This document shows, in pieces, positions 37,601-47,800 of a stretch of 64,000 bases of DNA. The stretch is from a virus. Taxonomy: Duplodnaviria > Caudoviricetes. Location of the stretch: the IMG/VR virus record IMGVR_UViG_3300021399_000131, positions 26,387 to 90,386 of that record. One strand, 5' to 3'. A program made the translations under genes and the position numbers. The notes under the pieces are model-generated. The model was not told the origin of the DNA, did not search any database, and saw only the letters and a program-made list of their open reading frames with translations. The stretch's first letter is position 1. The number at the start of each line of letters is the position of its first letter.

Positions 37601-39696
37601 TTAGCTATCATGTTTATATATTGAGTAGGAATGTTCATTTCAAAATTCCCACTAGCATTTATCACAGTAGCCATATCTCTAGCTAATGTAGCTTGCTCAT
37701 AGTAAACATCTCTGACTTCATTTAAATCATTTATAGTTTCTGCAACATACGTATCAACATTACTTTGATTTGCTAAACCTAATTCAATCATTGCTTCTTT
37801 CATAGGTTCAGAACGAAAATAATCTACAAGTAAATCAAATGTGCCACTGGCTATAGCATCTGCAGCAAGTTTATCTCTGAATTGTCTTATTCTTTCATCC
37901 TTAGCTTCTGCTTGTTTTACTTCTATAGCTTCATCAGTTCCTTCAAATTTTTTATATGATTGGTCTGAATTAGGCTGTCCAAAAATATCGTAACCTTGAG
38001 TTATAAGATCTAAATTAGAAAGAAGATTTTCCCATTCCTGTGTTCTTCCACCTATTACAGTCTTAGCAGCTTTTACTTCAGGCATATCAAGCAAATCTAT
38101 AAAATCATTGGAATCTTCATCTGGTACATTGTATCCTTTTTCTTTAAGCTCTGCTCTTAATGCTTTTCTCTTTGCTTTAGCTTGATGTCTATTTAATGCT
38201 GAACCTCCAGCATTAAATACAACACCACCCATAACTCCCCAAAATGCACTTTCCCATAATTCAGGAGCATCCATATAATTTTTAAAAGTATCATAAGGAT
38301 GCAACCAAACATCAGTTGCATTTTGAAGAAATCCTTTTTCTCCATGAGTATTACCTTCTAAAAGCATTTTACCATAAGTAATACCTTCTTGTTGTGCTAC
38401 ATAGTTTACTGCTTCTTCTATACCTTCAGTAGATTCTTCCAGTGCTATTAAACCATAGTCTTTTGCAGTATTTTTAGCAGTTTTAAAAAATTTGCCAATT
38501 ATACTAGGTTTTTTAGCAACTTCTTTTGCTGCTTCAGCTGTATTCTCTGCTACTTTAGTACCTGGTTTTTTAAGACCTTTTAAATCTTCTATACTTTTTC
38601 TTTGAGATGCTTTAACTTTTCCTTTTGTTATTTTAGGAACTTTATTTCCTAAATTACCTAAACTCCATAATTGAATAACATCAAATATAGTATTAGCAAA
38701 GTCCATTCCAAAAGTTTTGTCAGCTGCTTTTCTAGCAATAGCTTTAGCTACTTGTTCTTTATTTGTAGTATCTACGCCTTCTAACAATGCTTGATTCGTT
38801 TCTACCCAATTATTATAATCTTCATCAGTCATGTTAGCAAATTTATTTATAGCATTGTCATAAGTTTGCTTATGAACATCTCCAGCTTCCTGATAATTTT
38901 CCATAGTACGCATAAGTAAAGCTTCTGTTGTAACTTTACCTGCAGCGTTAGCTGTTGTAAGAAATTTATCACTATTTAAAAACTTTTGAACTCTATTTAA
39001 ATCAGATATACTTTCTAGCTCTTTTGCTTTTTGTATTTTACCCATTCCAGTAAGAAAACGTCTAGCTTTAGAAAGTTTTTCACCTGCTCCAACAGCTTTA
39101 CCTAATTTTCCTAAACCAGCAGTAACACTTCTAGCAGGAAAAAGTAATGTTAACGAACTAGCAATACTTGGTATATTCTTTGCCCACCAACCTACGTCTC
39201 CTAATCCACCATTGTCAATATTTAAATTAGGATCAGAATGAATAGGCATAACATCTTCATTGAACCAATCTTGTGCTTTAGCTACACCTTGACTAAGAAC
39301 ATTATTATAATTTGAATCTATTAATCCAATTTTCTCTCCTAAAAATCCAAGCAAATCTGTAAAACCTTTTACTGTACCTAATCCTATTTCACTAACTACA
39401 GTTTGACCTACAGAATTAAATATTTTTGCCCAACCACTTTGTTTATCTGCTAGTTCTTTGTCTAAATCTATTCCAGGTCTTGGAGAAACACCATAGTCTT
39501 GATATTTTTTAGTATCTCCCATTAACCAAAAATCACTAGTGGAACCATAAATTCCACTAGCTAAACTATTTCCAACAACATTAGGATTTGACGATAATAT
39601 TGTAGGAGGTTCGTCATTATTCTTTTTCTTTCTTTTATCATAATTAGGATTAGGTATTCTATACCCACCTTCATCAAATATCTTATCAATATCCAT
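31657..39696 (-). CDS. Giant ejection/cargo protein with C-terminal zincin metallopeptidase motif
   Basis: QTLIHENIH (HExxH at 32491-32505) with downstream EELLAE; N-terminal hydrophobic helices; Asp/Ser/Thr/Asn low-complexity linkers. Confidence 0.85.
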   Translation of the reverse strand: MDIDKIFDEGGYRIPNPNYDKRKKKNNDEPPTILSSNPNVVGNSLASGIYGSTSDFWLMGDTKKYQDYGVSPRPGIDLDKELADKQSGWAKIFNSVGQTVVSEIGLGTVKGFTDLLGFLGEKIGLIDSNYNNVLSQGVAKAQDWFNEDVMPIHSDPNLNIDNGGLGDVGWWAKNIPSIASSLTLLFPARSVTAGLGKLGKAVGAGEKLSKARRFLTGMGKIQKAKELESISDLNRVQKFLNSDKFLTTANAAGKVTTEALLMRTMENYQEAGDVHKQTYDNAINKFANMTDEDYNNWVETNQALLEGVDTTNKEQVAKAIARKAADKTFGMDFANTIFDVIQLWSLGNLGNKVPKITKGKVKASQRKSIEDLKGLKKPGTKVAENTAEAAKEVAKKPSIIGKFFKTAKNTAKDYGLIALEESTEGIEEAVNYVAQQEGITYGKMLLEGNTHGEKGFLQNATDVWLHPYDTFKNYMDAPELWESAFWGVMGGVVFNAGGSALNRHQAKAKRKALRAELKEKGYNVPDEDSNDFIDLLDMPEVKAAKTVIGGRTQEWENLLSNLDLITQGYDIFGQPNSDQSYKKFEGTDEAIEVKQAEAKDERIRQFRDKLAADAIASGTFDLLVDYFRSEPMKEAMIELGLANQSNVDTYVAETINDLNEVRDVYYEQATLARDMATVINASGNFEMNIPTQYINMIAKANTDAIINSRVVDRQLARLDKQTAEEEQRILNSLTDEDEKRDYQQKMAQAKASTKAHVLIDIYSRLEADKNYIKENVESSLEQKLAIDQIESNQRGIVTQLRKLDAGNAAVLSAIKMAQYYEKVITSDASGNESIKYQGKSNPEFFAKSDEDIIKEYEKLINNTGKAFTKEDIESISIQSSKLDADVKDNAKVDSLTNQFPTLFEHYANRTVLEYKKYNSLSNVAVTKDQFLTKLDSIHTSLNEAREKAIQKADKTFRELFNKYKEQNAEGIEEALYEAAMNNNPVESRKILETFMTDPNDVETFMSALDVFKFSHATNAGIARDIMSVIESQKEYDRKRRESSTKNENNDTDTQNNSTDDSSSTNMQNTTSDDGSQNSDTDNNNNADSTTEPLSVSDAIDAIDNPEASTATTDTTDSQNPSTDSSSTDNSSNADVTTDSNNQQEESVNIKQGATPIEVHAVFDDDVSSFLDVFSFLDPNKPSGGRSIPIHILETEDSRYVLDVNDPNIQAIGGYFAGTTALRFILDPDKLDYRDPDVGWKFIELPEFEKDESTGRYNLVKKGVLQIVRLDDTEANPQDSSTGGQDIEQTNNNNAAENKTDNNTNEETSTPVEDSNISSDDTTPDQYKKDKTTTYRSAAEEHRGTHKTVTVGHGLKLGGKDIQKYNILYDENNPISVQDLLDEAFSIVVQEHNNRNIKPFPYNFDFTDLNSVLRATLDPWLRVNEELEDFISYYVVKKQLEYGYAQAISEYTIKQGINTSILSVLHSLYTDKKISREDVFAPELDEEEFESLVLDKLHELIGQSDSINSLWLDEFRKIVDMRSKFSNLLGINQAGASLAMASKLLDPVTIKFSTAFKLSAKAFLDEYKKLVTLPVVDGKQVIKLADILQLCNNAFGDTVDTTTAQAMYNVVKNYLLTDIFAKNEYILVDINDVNSNNVLPNINASSTKRHNNHKFVAPIRAMMREVWDYVNDPNFGDDARKEFLDAYNSLQEGDTLEFVSLEGSPFLTAAGVNADKLMNTRVGLAKNGQIIGFYPKTNFSPFGEPYYVTRGWVARFDNQGHSPLRDLFVRLLTSDEDSAKQFRDILYYYHVSKESGAFDTDKNIRTVVWNKFLNNKIIKQVIDNSKGENNYQNLIYSSKGKPQLDIELLDHLDELLNYAQDINITTDPAANKQAVIDNIDSWFTTINDELIAGADLNTHPTATISLITGGVMVPNVKASGTGSVTYNDCVPVQEALAASTTANISFAEAANSIVIAGKGIMTYNENAYSPLSTFLTVYNENGTPTHTALFPITAVDQAYEDNKFVKGMMSAALTHLNGVFQGKNFVDIEKTIKNIIHINNSLRATAYSPTALLRGANGGAFYIKNGPNNSIQIDFTNRNTGEKESFIIQLWTNKAGIEQIGYFVRALTIDSTTNNKSWVEKEKGFSDSIGQAFANFIKPKVMMNVSFDAIRRDNIPGSTQLNGWITRINDKVVVNVPGTSTSMVYDSYSDFVIKNNLVRVNLKKSQNGTNFEKFSETDTPLNNIYISLHNSNNITSTSSTSSTDTSSNDYVHLDDDSPEVVNRMNNIRQVVNSNKTNPIEDIVKLVFDTDEQNTFAEVLNRNGNISDFFPNIIDYDNLLNGFRKKNNSDKREWIGAVAWARGTLDGRYRRTYTEELENQNEAKRPTVPKGHVVVGAYWLNAISSNYKGVRNAAIQTLIHENIHNKFAARPKDVREKIINELYNIYKKANDWILDHKLAKDLDKYGITEEDVNYFAKALNIYTKKEKLGEELLAESLTSKSVYNILNAITSVGTTDNKKESLFDKILNFVRELFGWDKVRDDSLLQRELNILRDLLDTNINLDNSTPVKNNQNVDSSTSSDKKTDDNTSDEPKQSDDANKSDYESNEPSSDDNESDDEYDPDADAAENDDSDDDYDDVENDDASPSMILPIDYSMNDNSNIPDKNGFVRITDANHTKNKLPLESKIAYQQAMEEGIYEIKC

Positions 39697-39697
39697 A

Positions 39698-41491
39698 CTA
39701 TAGTTCGATTAATAGATTTATACTATTCTTAATATAAGTTAAAAGTTCATTTTTTTCTTCTTTTAGAAATTCTTCTTCTCTACTAGAATCCAAACCTAAA
39801 GTCTTTTGAACACTAATTTGTTGCATCCATTCTGGAAACAATTCATATAAGGCTGAATCTACAACTCGCTCAATTTGGAAATCCATATTTCTATTAGGAG
39901 AAAAATTACCATTCGGATCATAGTTAGAACGTAATGCTTTATCTATACATCTATCTATAATAATTTTTCTATTTCTTAAATTTTGAGCTTCATCTACGGA
40001 TATATATTCCATAGTAGCAGGAGAATTTCCATGCTGAGTAAAATGCTTTACAGTTGTATAATCAGTATTTTCTTCATCATAGACTGGTTCCAACCATTCT
40101 TTTGTGCCATCTATACTTTTTGATACATCTAAAGGAGTATGATGAATAAGCATTCTTCCCATATCTGTAGCAGCTATAGTTTTATTATCATTGTATAATG
40201 CATCATCATAGTCACTACCATCTTTAGTAAAATCTACAACGAAAAACTCACGATACATCTTTTCATCAGAATCTTCGTTTTCTTTATCTGCAAGACCTAT
40301 TATAAGTCCAATTTGATCACCTCTTCTACCCATTTCATATACTACTTCTTTACCGTTTTTAATATTGTAGTTTATTAAATCTCGAAGAGGATATTTTTCA
40401 TCATCCGTTAATTTATGTAACACTCCTCTAGCTGCAGCTGAAGCATTAACATCATTTCCATAAACTTCATAATTAGTATAATTAGCACTACGTATATGAT
40501 CCATTATAGCTTGTTCATCTCTAGCTTTATAATTTTTATAATGTTCATTATCTAACATATTATTAGCATATAAATCTTCTATATGTTGCAATGAAGCCGT
40601 TCTCATACCAAGTTTCTGAACTGGCATAGTAACACGTCTATCTTCTATAGTGCCTAGTGCTTTATTATATTCTTCTTCAGCTCTATCAACTAAATCTAAA
40701 ATATTTGATAACGCTACATTTTTTTCTTCTATAGTAGCATCCTTAGTTTCATCAAAGTTAGTATTTAACGGAGTAAGAGCACTAGGACTAGTCAAATTTA
40801 TAGTATGATCTCCTTTGAATTTCCATCTATATTCTCCATTCTTAGGATTACCATCTAATGGCATTCTTCCTCCAACAAGACTATGATTGGTATTTGTATC
40901 TACGAGAGCTTTTAAAACTTTTACTACAGTATCTGAATTAGAAGAATCTATTTCTAAGTTTCTTCCATAATCGTTATGAGAAGTATTATAACCTATACTT
41001 ATTCCCATACTAGCTAATTGGGAATTAGCTTTAAGAGGATCAGAACTAAGACCCAATTGAGTTTTAAATAAATCTAAAGCATCATCCATGTCAGATTCAT
41101 CCTCTGCTAATTCATCTATGCCAAATAAACCATATCTTTTATGTTTAGTACCTTCTATGTCAATTCTAATTTTTCCATCACTGTCAGTTAAAGCATTAAT
41201 ATAATCACAAAATTCCTTATATGGTCCAGGTTTATCAGCTAAACTATTTCCATTAATATAGTCACTTCTAAATTTAATTAAATCTTTATCGACATAAGGA
41301 TTATGCATAACCATATTATATTCATATGATTTTTCTTCTAATTGTCTACAAAGATTTTGAACTTGAGGAATACGTTGTTTATCAACATTAAAACTTTTTA
41401 TATAATCTCTAGCTCCTAAATAATCATTATTATTTAGAAATTCTTGATACTTTCTTTCAAACGTATCTTTATCATCTTGACACCATTCCAT
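39698..41491 (-). CDS. Probable virion cargo protein
   Basis: 597-aa ORF in the ejection-protein cluster; no motif recognised. Confidence 0.7.
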   Translation of the reverse strand: MEWCQDDKDTFERKYQEFLNNNDYLGARDYIKSFNVDKQRIPQVQNLCRQLEEKSYEYNMVMHNPYVDKDLIKFRSDYINGNSLADKPGPYKEFCDYINALTDSDGKIRIDIEGTKHKRYGLFGIDELAEDESDMDDALDLFKTQLGLSSDPLKANSQLASMGISIGYNTSHNDYGRNLEIDSSNSDTVVKVLKALVDTNTNHSLVGGRMPLDGNPKNGEYRWKFKGDHTINLTSPSALTPLNTNFDETKDATIEEKNVALSNILDLVDRAEEEYNKALGTIEDRRVTMPVQKLGMRTASLQHIEDLYANNMLDNEHYKNYKARDEQAIMDHIRSANYTNYEVYGNDVNASAAARGVLHKLTDDEKYPLRDLINYNIKNGKEVVYEMGRRGDQIGLIIGLADKENEDSDEKMYREFFVVDFTKDGSDYDDALYNDNKTIAATDMGRMLIHHTPLDVSKSIDGTKEWLEPVYDEENTDYTTVKHFTQHGNSPATMEYISVDEAQNLRNRKIIIDRCIDKALRSNYDPNGNFSPNRNMDFQIERVVDSALYELFPEWMQQISVQKTLGLDSSREEEFLKEEKNELLTYIKNSINLLIEL

Positions 41492-41501
41492 AATAATTAT
41501 T

Positions 41502-42776
41502 TTATTTAAATCCTAATATAGAACTAGCTTCTTCGGGTTTAGTAACACCTATATGAAACGGCTTACCTTCTCTAGTTTCATCAGTTGGGTCTTGATCTTT
41601 ATAATGAGTGGGAGTTACACCTAAATTATCAGGATCTTCACCGTTTGTTCCTTTGCCATCAGCTGCATTTTTAGCAGCTCTAGCGGCTGCAGCTTTAGCA
41701 GCGTTATCTTGTGGAGCAGATTTATCAGCCGTACTTTTCTTAAATACATTATTCGCAGTTGTATCATACTTAGCTGCACTAAGTATTGTATCATTCATAA
41801 ACTTTTTTGCTATGTCTAAAGCTGTAGTATGTTTATAACCGCCATATTTATCATGAAACTGTTCATAATATTTTAAGTTTTCTATTATTCTTTCTCTCTG
41901 GTCAGGGTCTGTAGTAGTTTCTAATTCAACTCTATATTTTCTTTCTTCATATTCTAAGTTATCTCTTTTTTGAATCAAAGCTTGATTATTTCTATTAGCC
42001 CATTCTTCTAAATTCTTTGTAAGTTTCTCTTTGGATAATATTACTGTACCTGTTTCAGTTGTTATTTCAAGTCCATTAGCACTAGCAGTAAAAGAACTAA
42101 ATTGTCCACCTCTGTAAGTTTCACTATCATTTTTATTTGTAGTGCTATTAGTAGTTTTTTGTTCAGCAGCAGGAGATATAATTTCTTGCATTCCTGCTTT
42201 CCAATCAACATCTGCTACAGGCAATCCACTAACTCCAAACTTCATACTAGTAGCATAAGGCTTGTAACCAGTAACATTACCGTTATCATCGTAGGTTAAA
42301 TTAGTTTTAAATTTATTTTCTGATTCCCAACGTTCTATTGTAGTAGGCTCTAAAGTTTTATCAGTTCGTACTTTATCTCTAATAGTTTTATATTCATTCC
42401 ATGCATTTTCTCTAGCTGTTGTTTCAGCACTAGTTTTAAATTTATTAGCACCATCAATAGCAGCTTTCATAGCACCTTGCATATCTCCTCTGCTACTAGC
42501 TTCATCTATTGAAGCATTGACTTTTTGCAACTCCGAATCAAACCATTGTTGAGTTTCAGCATCATCTCCAAAATTCTTACGAAGCTCTTGAAAAGTATTA
42601 TGAAGATCTTTAGTTTCAGCTATAGCTTTATTTTCTCTATCTTCATAAATTGCTAAAGCTTTTTGAGTAATATTTGGGTCAGGAGCTTCAAATTTAAGTT
42701 CTTGAGGTTTCCAACGATTAGTTGTAAAACTAACTTGTGGAATAGTAAATTTACCGTATTGACTATAATCTGCCAT
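41502..42776 (-). CDS. Probable virion cargo protein
   Basis: 424 aa, helical with an Ala-rich C-terminal part; position between cargo genes. Confidence 0.7.
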   Translation of the reverse strand: MADYSQYGKFTIPQVSFTTNRWKPQELKFEAPDPNITQKALAIYEDRENKAIAETKDLHNTFQELRKNFGDDAETQQWFDSELQKVNASIDEASSRGDMQGAMKAAIDGANKFKTSAETTARENAWNEYKTIRDKVRTDKTLEPTTIERWESENKFKTNLTYDDNGNVTGYKPYATSMKFGVSGLPVADVDWKAGMQEIISPAAEQKTTNSTTNKNDSETYRGGQFSSFTASANGLEITTETGTVILSKEKLTKNLEEWANRNNQALIQKRDNLEYEERKYRVELETTTDPDQRERIIENLKYYEQFHDKYGGYKHTTALDIAKKFMNDTILSAAKYDTTANNVFKKSTADKSAPQDNAAKAAAARAAKNAADGKGTNGEDPDNLGVTPTHYKDQDPTDETREGKPFHIGVTKPEEASSILGFK

Positions 42777-42778
42777 AA

Positions 42779-44887
42779 TTATCCAAATTTAATGTCAGGA
42801 AAACCTTGTCTTAATCTAACTCTTTCTTCAGGACTAGCAGAAGCATATACTGTTTTAACATATCTTGGGTCGATATTATATCCTGCAGACTTTCTATATA
42901 ATAATGAATTAACTTGAGCACCAGGAGTTCCTAAAGCAAGACTATTTAAATAATCCATATCACTCTTGTATGCTGTTTGCCAAGCATTATAATAGTTATT
43001 TCCACTGGTAGTAAAAGCACTACTATATGCATCAGCAGTAGCATTATAAGCATCAGCCTTTGTACTAGCTTCATTAATAGCCATTTGAGATTGAACATCA
43101 GCTGAACCAAGAGTACCTTTATTTCTAATATCGTTATCATACTTAGCAATATCAGCTCTAATATTTGCAAGACTTTGTCTAAGTTGATTAGAAGCTTGAA
43201 TATTAGCAGCAGCCGCTTGATTAATCATTTGATTATTCTTCTGCTTTATATCTTCTTCTCTATTAGCTTGGTCTGCATAAATTTTACTTCTATTTTCTTG
43301 AGCAATTTGTTCAACAGAAGCATTTCTATTAAGTCTAGCAGCAGAACTTAAAGTATTGTTATTTATAGCTTGTTGCTGTCTAAAAGAAGTTCTATTAACA
43401 TCTTGTAATTGAGGATTAACATTTACATTAGCAGAACGAATAGCAGGTAAATAATGAGCAGATCGCCACTGATTAAGGTCATTAAGTCCTAAACTATCTG
43501 GATCAATTTGTTGCAATCTATTATAAGCATCGGTCATTATACTAGCTGCTTTATTGTAAGCATTAGATAATTTGTGTTGACCAATAAGATTACCTATATG
43601 CTGTATTCCAGCTCCTAAAAAATTAACACCTGTATTAATAGCTAAAGCACCATATGGAGAATTCCAAAAATTGGATTTATAAGAAGTATTTCCACTTCCT
43701 ACAGTTCCTGGTACTCCAGTATTTGGATTAGTAAGTTGAGGAGCTTTTAATAAATCCTTGCCCATAGTCCAACCTCCAACACTAGCATTATCGCCTCCGC
43801 CCATTATGTTAACATCTGGAATACTAGCTCCAATACTAGGATTAAATGCGGAATTAGAAGGGACATTATAATTTTGTCTAGGTACAAAAACTTGTAAAGC
43901 ATTAGGAACATAAGGAACATTGTTTTGAGCAGCTATAGCTTGACTTCTTACTATATCTGATTCATACAAATCTGGTTGTAAAAAAGGAGTAATATTTTCA
44001 TTATCATAATAAGTTGTGTATCTATATGGTATAAAATCTCCTAACCTAGCTTTAACTCTACCACCACATCTTAATCTTTTAGCAAAACTAGCTTTTCTTC
44101 TTTTTGCAGCTTCTTGTATATTATAAGCATCTACAGGATGAACACCTCGATTGATTAGTCCAGCAGGATTAATACCGTTAATAGTATGCTTAGAAATAAA
44201 ATACCCGTTATCTGGAGTTACAAGAAGATATTCTCCTTGACCAGTACTTTGATTTCCTTCTCCTTCAACTATGCCTCCATTAGCAAATTTAAATCCTACA
44301 CCACTCTTATATTTACCACCACGAGTTTTATGTTTATGCTCATGATTATCACCGAGAATCTCATAAAGGTCATAACCTTCAGGAGTGCTGCCTTGATAGG
44401 CAACACCTCCACCATCAGTAACTTCGAAAGGCATATTATAGCCCCCCGTTAGAAGAACTGTGGGATTATACCCACCATTCCTCATTCTTTTCTTAATATT
44501 ACCACCTCGTTTTACCATAATTCTTCCTTCAGCAGCACGTTCTTTAGCAGATTCATTACCAGCTAACATCTGAAGATTCATTTGATTAGTGGTAATTGCA
44601 TCAGCTATTTTATTACTTGTTTCTTTTTGTATTTCAACTTGTTTTTCTTGAAGTCTATTATTATTTTCATTTTGTTGCTCTAATGCTCTAGCTTGTTCTT
44701 CTGCTTGTCTTTGTATACTATCAGCTTGTTGACTAGCAGCAGCAGCTTGAGCAGCAGCACCAATACCTGCACCAGTTATTGTAGCGGCAGCTTGAATACC
44801 AGCAGCAGCTAATGCTGCTCCAGCTTCTGGTAGACCAAAAATAGCTTTAGGTCTAGCATTTCTTAATTTTATTTTTTTAGTTCTCAT
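42779..44887 (-). CDS. Cargo/ejection protein with Ala/Gly-rich membrane-spanning N-terminus
   Basis: AGAALAAAGIQAAATITGAGIGAAAQAAAA, then a Gln-rich coiled coil; directly follows the muzzle gene, as cargo protein 1 does in crAss001 (recalled). Confidence 0.7.
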   Translation of the reverse strand: MRTKKIKLRNARPKAIFGLPEAGAALAAAGIQAAATITGAGIGAAAQAAAASQQADSIQRQAEEQARALEQQNENNNRLQEKQVEIQKETSNKIADAITTNQMNLQMLAGNESAKERAAEGRIMVKRGGNIKKRMRNGGYNPTVLLTGGYNMPFEVTDGGGVAYQGSTPEGYDLYEILGDNHEHKHKTRGGKYKSGVGFKFANGGIVEGEGNQSTGQGEYLLVTPDNGYFISKHTINGINPAGLINRGVHPVDAYNIQEAAKRRKASFAKRLRCGGRVKARLGDFIPYRYTTYYDNENITPFLQPDLYESDIVRSQAIAAQNNVPYVPNALQVFVPRQNYNVPSNSAFNPSIGASIPDVNIMGGGDNASVGGWTMGKDLLKAPQLTNPNTGVPGTVGSGNTSYKSNFWNSPYGALAINTGVNFLGAGIQHIGNLIGQHKLSNAYNKAASIMTDAYNRLQQIDPDSLGLNDLNQWRSAHYLPAIRSANVNVNPQLQDVNRTSFRQQQAINNNTLSSAARLNRNASVEQIAQENRSKIYADQANREEDIKQKNNQMINQAAAANIQASNQLRQSLANIRADIAKYDNDIRNKGTLGSADVQSQMAINEASTKADAYNATADAYSSAFTTSGNNYYNAWQTAYKSDMDYLNSLALGTPGAQVNSLLYRKSAGYNIDPRYVKTVYASASPEERVRLRQGFPDIKFG

Positions 44888-47800
44888 TTGTATGGAGTTG
44901 TTATAAACATTACATTTTCTAATTTAAAATTAACTCTAGAATCTAAAACAAATCTACCTATAAAATATTTTCCATATATAAGAGATTTTAAATCAGCATT
45001 AGGATATTGATCAACTCTGCCATCAATACTTTCTAGTTCATAAATCAAATCTTCTTTATACGGTTTAGGAGTAAATGCTCCTACTGTCAAAGGTTGATTG
45101 TTCAATATATTTCTAAAATAATTAAAAGAATATATTCCTAAATTGTAACTAGGATATTTATAAGCGTTTTCACTAGTTATAGTATGGTCATCATCTCTTT
45201 CTAATTCTGTAACTTCTTCACCATTTCCTGTTTTGTATAAAGCAAAATCGTTTCTTCTAGTATTTATAAAATTTAAATCAGTAGAAGCTAAGTCACTGTA
45301 AATTCTTAACCATTCACCAGGATACGGTTCCCCGTATTCTTCAGCCATGAAAGGTTTAAGAGTATATCGTTTAAGACGACCAACTCTTTCTATATTACTA
45401 AGCCATTCATTAGCATATTCAACTACTGCTTTACATGTCCATTGTATAGATTCTAATACTTTAACTTGTTGATATTGCTCATTGTATATAACATCTATAA
45501 TAGAAGCTTTTATATTATAACCGTCAATATTATCTACTATTTTATTAGGAAATAAATCATCGTATCTATCTAGTTCTTTATATCCTATAGCAGTACTATC
45601 TACAACATAAATATTTTTAGTATTCAAAAAATAACATTTGTCTTTAGTTGTTATAGTATGGTCATAATCAAAATCATGAAGACTTACGAAACTGTTAGTT
45701 TTCAAATTATAAGACAGTGTAACAAAATGACCGCTAGCAAATTTTATATTAATAAAAAGTCGATCATTATAAAAATCACAAGCAAAATCTATATTAAGCA
45801 CACGAGAGAAGTTCATCAATTTCTCTATAGGGGAGCTTAATTCTCCAAGTTTATTATCTCCTGCATAACCATAAATTATATTAGAATCTCCATCATAAAA
45901 GAAATAGCCAGCTTGAGTAATAATAGAATTACGCTTATCTTGAAGACCTCCATACCCATATTGAGAACCAAACATTTCTTGAATACCAGATTCAAAGGGT
46001 TGATTTTCTTTTAATGCTACATCTTCACCGCCGTTAGCAGTGATTGTGTTTGAACCAACAAACCTAAATAGAGCATCTTGTGTATGAACAAGTATAGATT
46101 CACCAACAGCAGCTAGATTAGTAATCTTTCCTTTATTAGTAGGAACATTATAGTAATCACCTGATTCAAATCTATAAATATTAACTACAGCTTCATCACC
46201 TTCAAGTTTTGAACTACGAACAGTATTATCAAACGTAGTTAAATTCTTACTAGTAAACTTTCTAAAATAACGCCTACTATAAGAATAATACATTGATTTA
46301 AGTTCATATATATCTGAAAGCTGAATACTATTTATAGCAACAAGTGTAGCTTTAGGTTTCTCTTGTCCTTCTTCATCAATCAATTTTACTTTTGCTACTA
46401 CGTCTAAAGCTAATGATATAAAGTTAAGATTGTAATTAGAATAAACTCTATAAAAATTACTATCTTTGTATTGACTCCAAACACCAACTTCTATTTCATC
46501 AGCTAGCGAAATAGTATCATTTGTTATAGTTTTTGTATAAACATCTGAATCAGAATAATATAAATCTAAACTATCCAAAGGTTTTTTAACTAAACCTATA
46601 TATCCTAAAAGATTTTCTTCTTTGTAATCGCCAAAACTATCGTCTTTTATAAATGGAGTACACTTTACAAGTTTTACATCGTCTGCGTCATTTGTATAGG
46701 GCAAATCTATAAAAGCGTATCCAGGACTAAAATGATTGTCAACTAAAACAACTTTACCACTACTACCAAACAAAACAAGATACGTACTGTCAAAACTGCC
46801 ATAATAATTTCCTAACGTTCCACTAGACCAGTTTTTAGAAACTATTGGAAGTTTAGATACAGGTGATACAAGTCTTGTATCTAAATCAATACAATCTCCA
46901 ACTTTTATATTGTCTAAACTATGTATATTAAAAATTGTAGCAACTTTGTCTTTATAGTGTTGAATAGATATGAAACAAGAATTATATCCTGGTGGATACA
47001 TTATATTAGAAAATATAGGATATATTATAGTTCCTAAAGCATTAGGTTCTTCTATAGTAATGCCCTCTTTATTTCCTATTTGATACCCATTAGTAATCTC
47101 ACCATTTTTATTCATATAGTGAATAAAGAATTTATAACTTTGATAAGGTATCAAAGTAGTAAGATTATTCATCTCTTCTACTATTTCAGTTTCGTGGGTA
47201 TCAATAGTATTACCGTCATAAATTTTAATATTATCAAAGTTGACATCAAATGATATTTCTATTTCATATAATTCAGAAGTATAATTAGGTTTATCACTTT
47301 GTCTATCACTTAATCCTTCTGCTCTATAAATACCTTCTACATATTCTTGCTCATGACCACTATAAGTTCCTGAAAGGTCTTTTACCTTTTTTACATACCA
47401 AAACTTTCTAGCATAAAATTTAGAAGTTTCTATTTTATTTGTATTAGTATTTATTTTAGCAGTTGCAGTGGTAAATAGGGATGTTATTACATTATCTATA
47501 TTTTCACTAAATGTGAGAGCTCCAGACATATCCATAATAGCAGCAATAGGAAAAGCAGGATTAAGTTTTAACCAAGTCTTATATCCACTCAATGCTGCAA
47601 CATCATCAATCCACTGGTCATCGTCAGTAGTTACATAATGCCAATTTGAACTATGACCCACATTGTATAGAGCATTAGCAAATCCTTTATATGTATCACT
47701 AGCATTATACTCATAAGCCGAATACATATATTTACCCTCATCTTCTGTAGTTAAATGAATAGGATAACAATTATATCCCATATTTTTAAAAGGACTGTCA

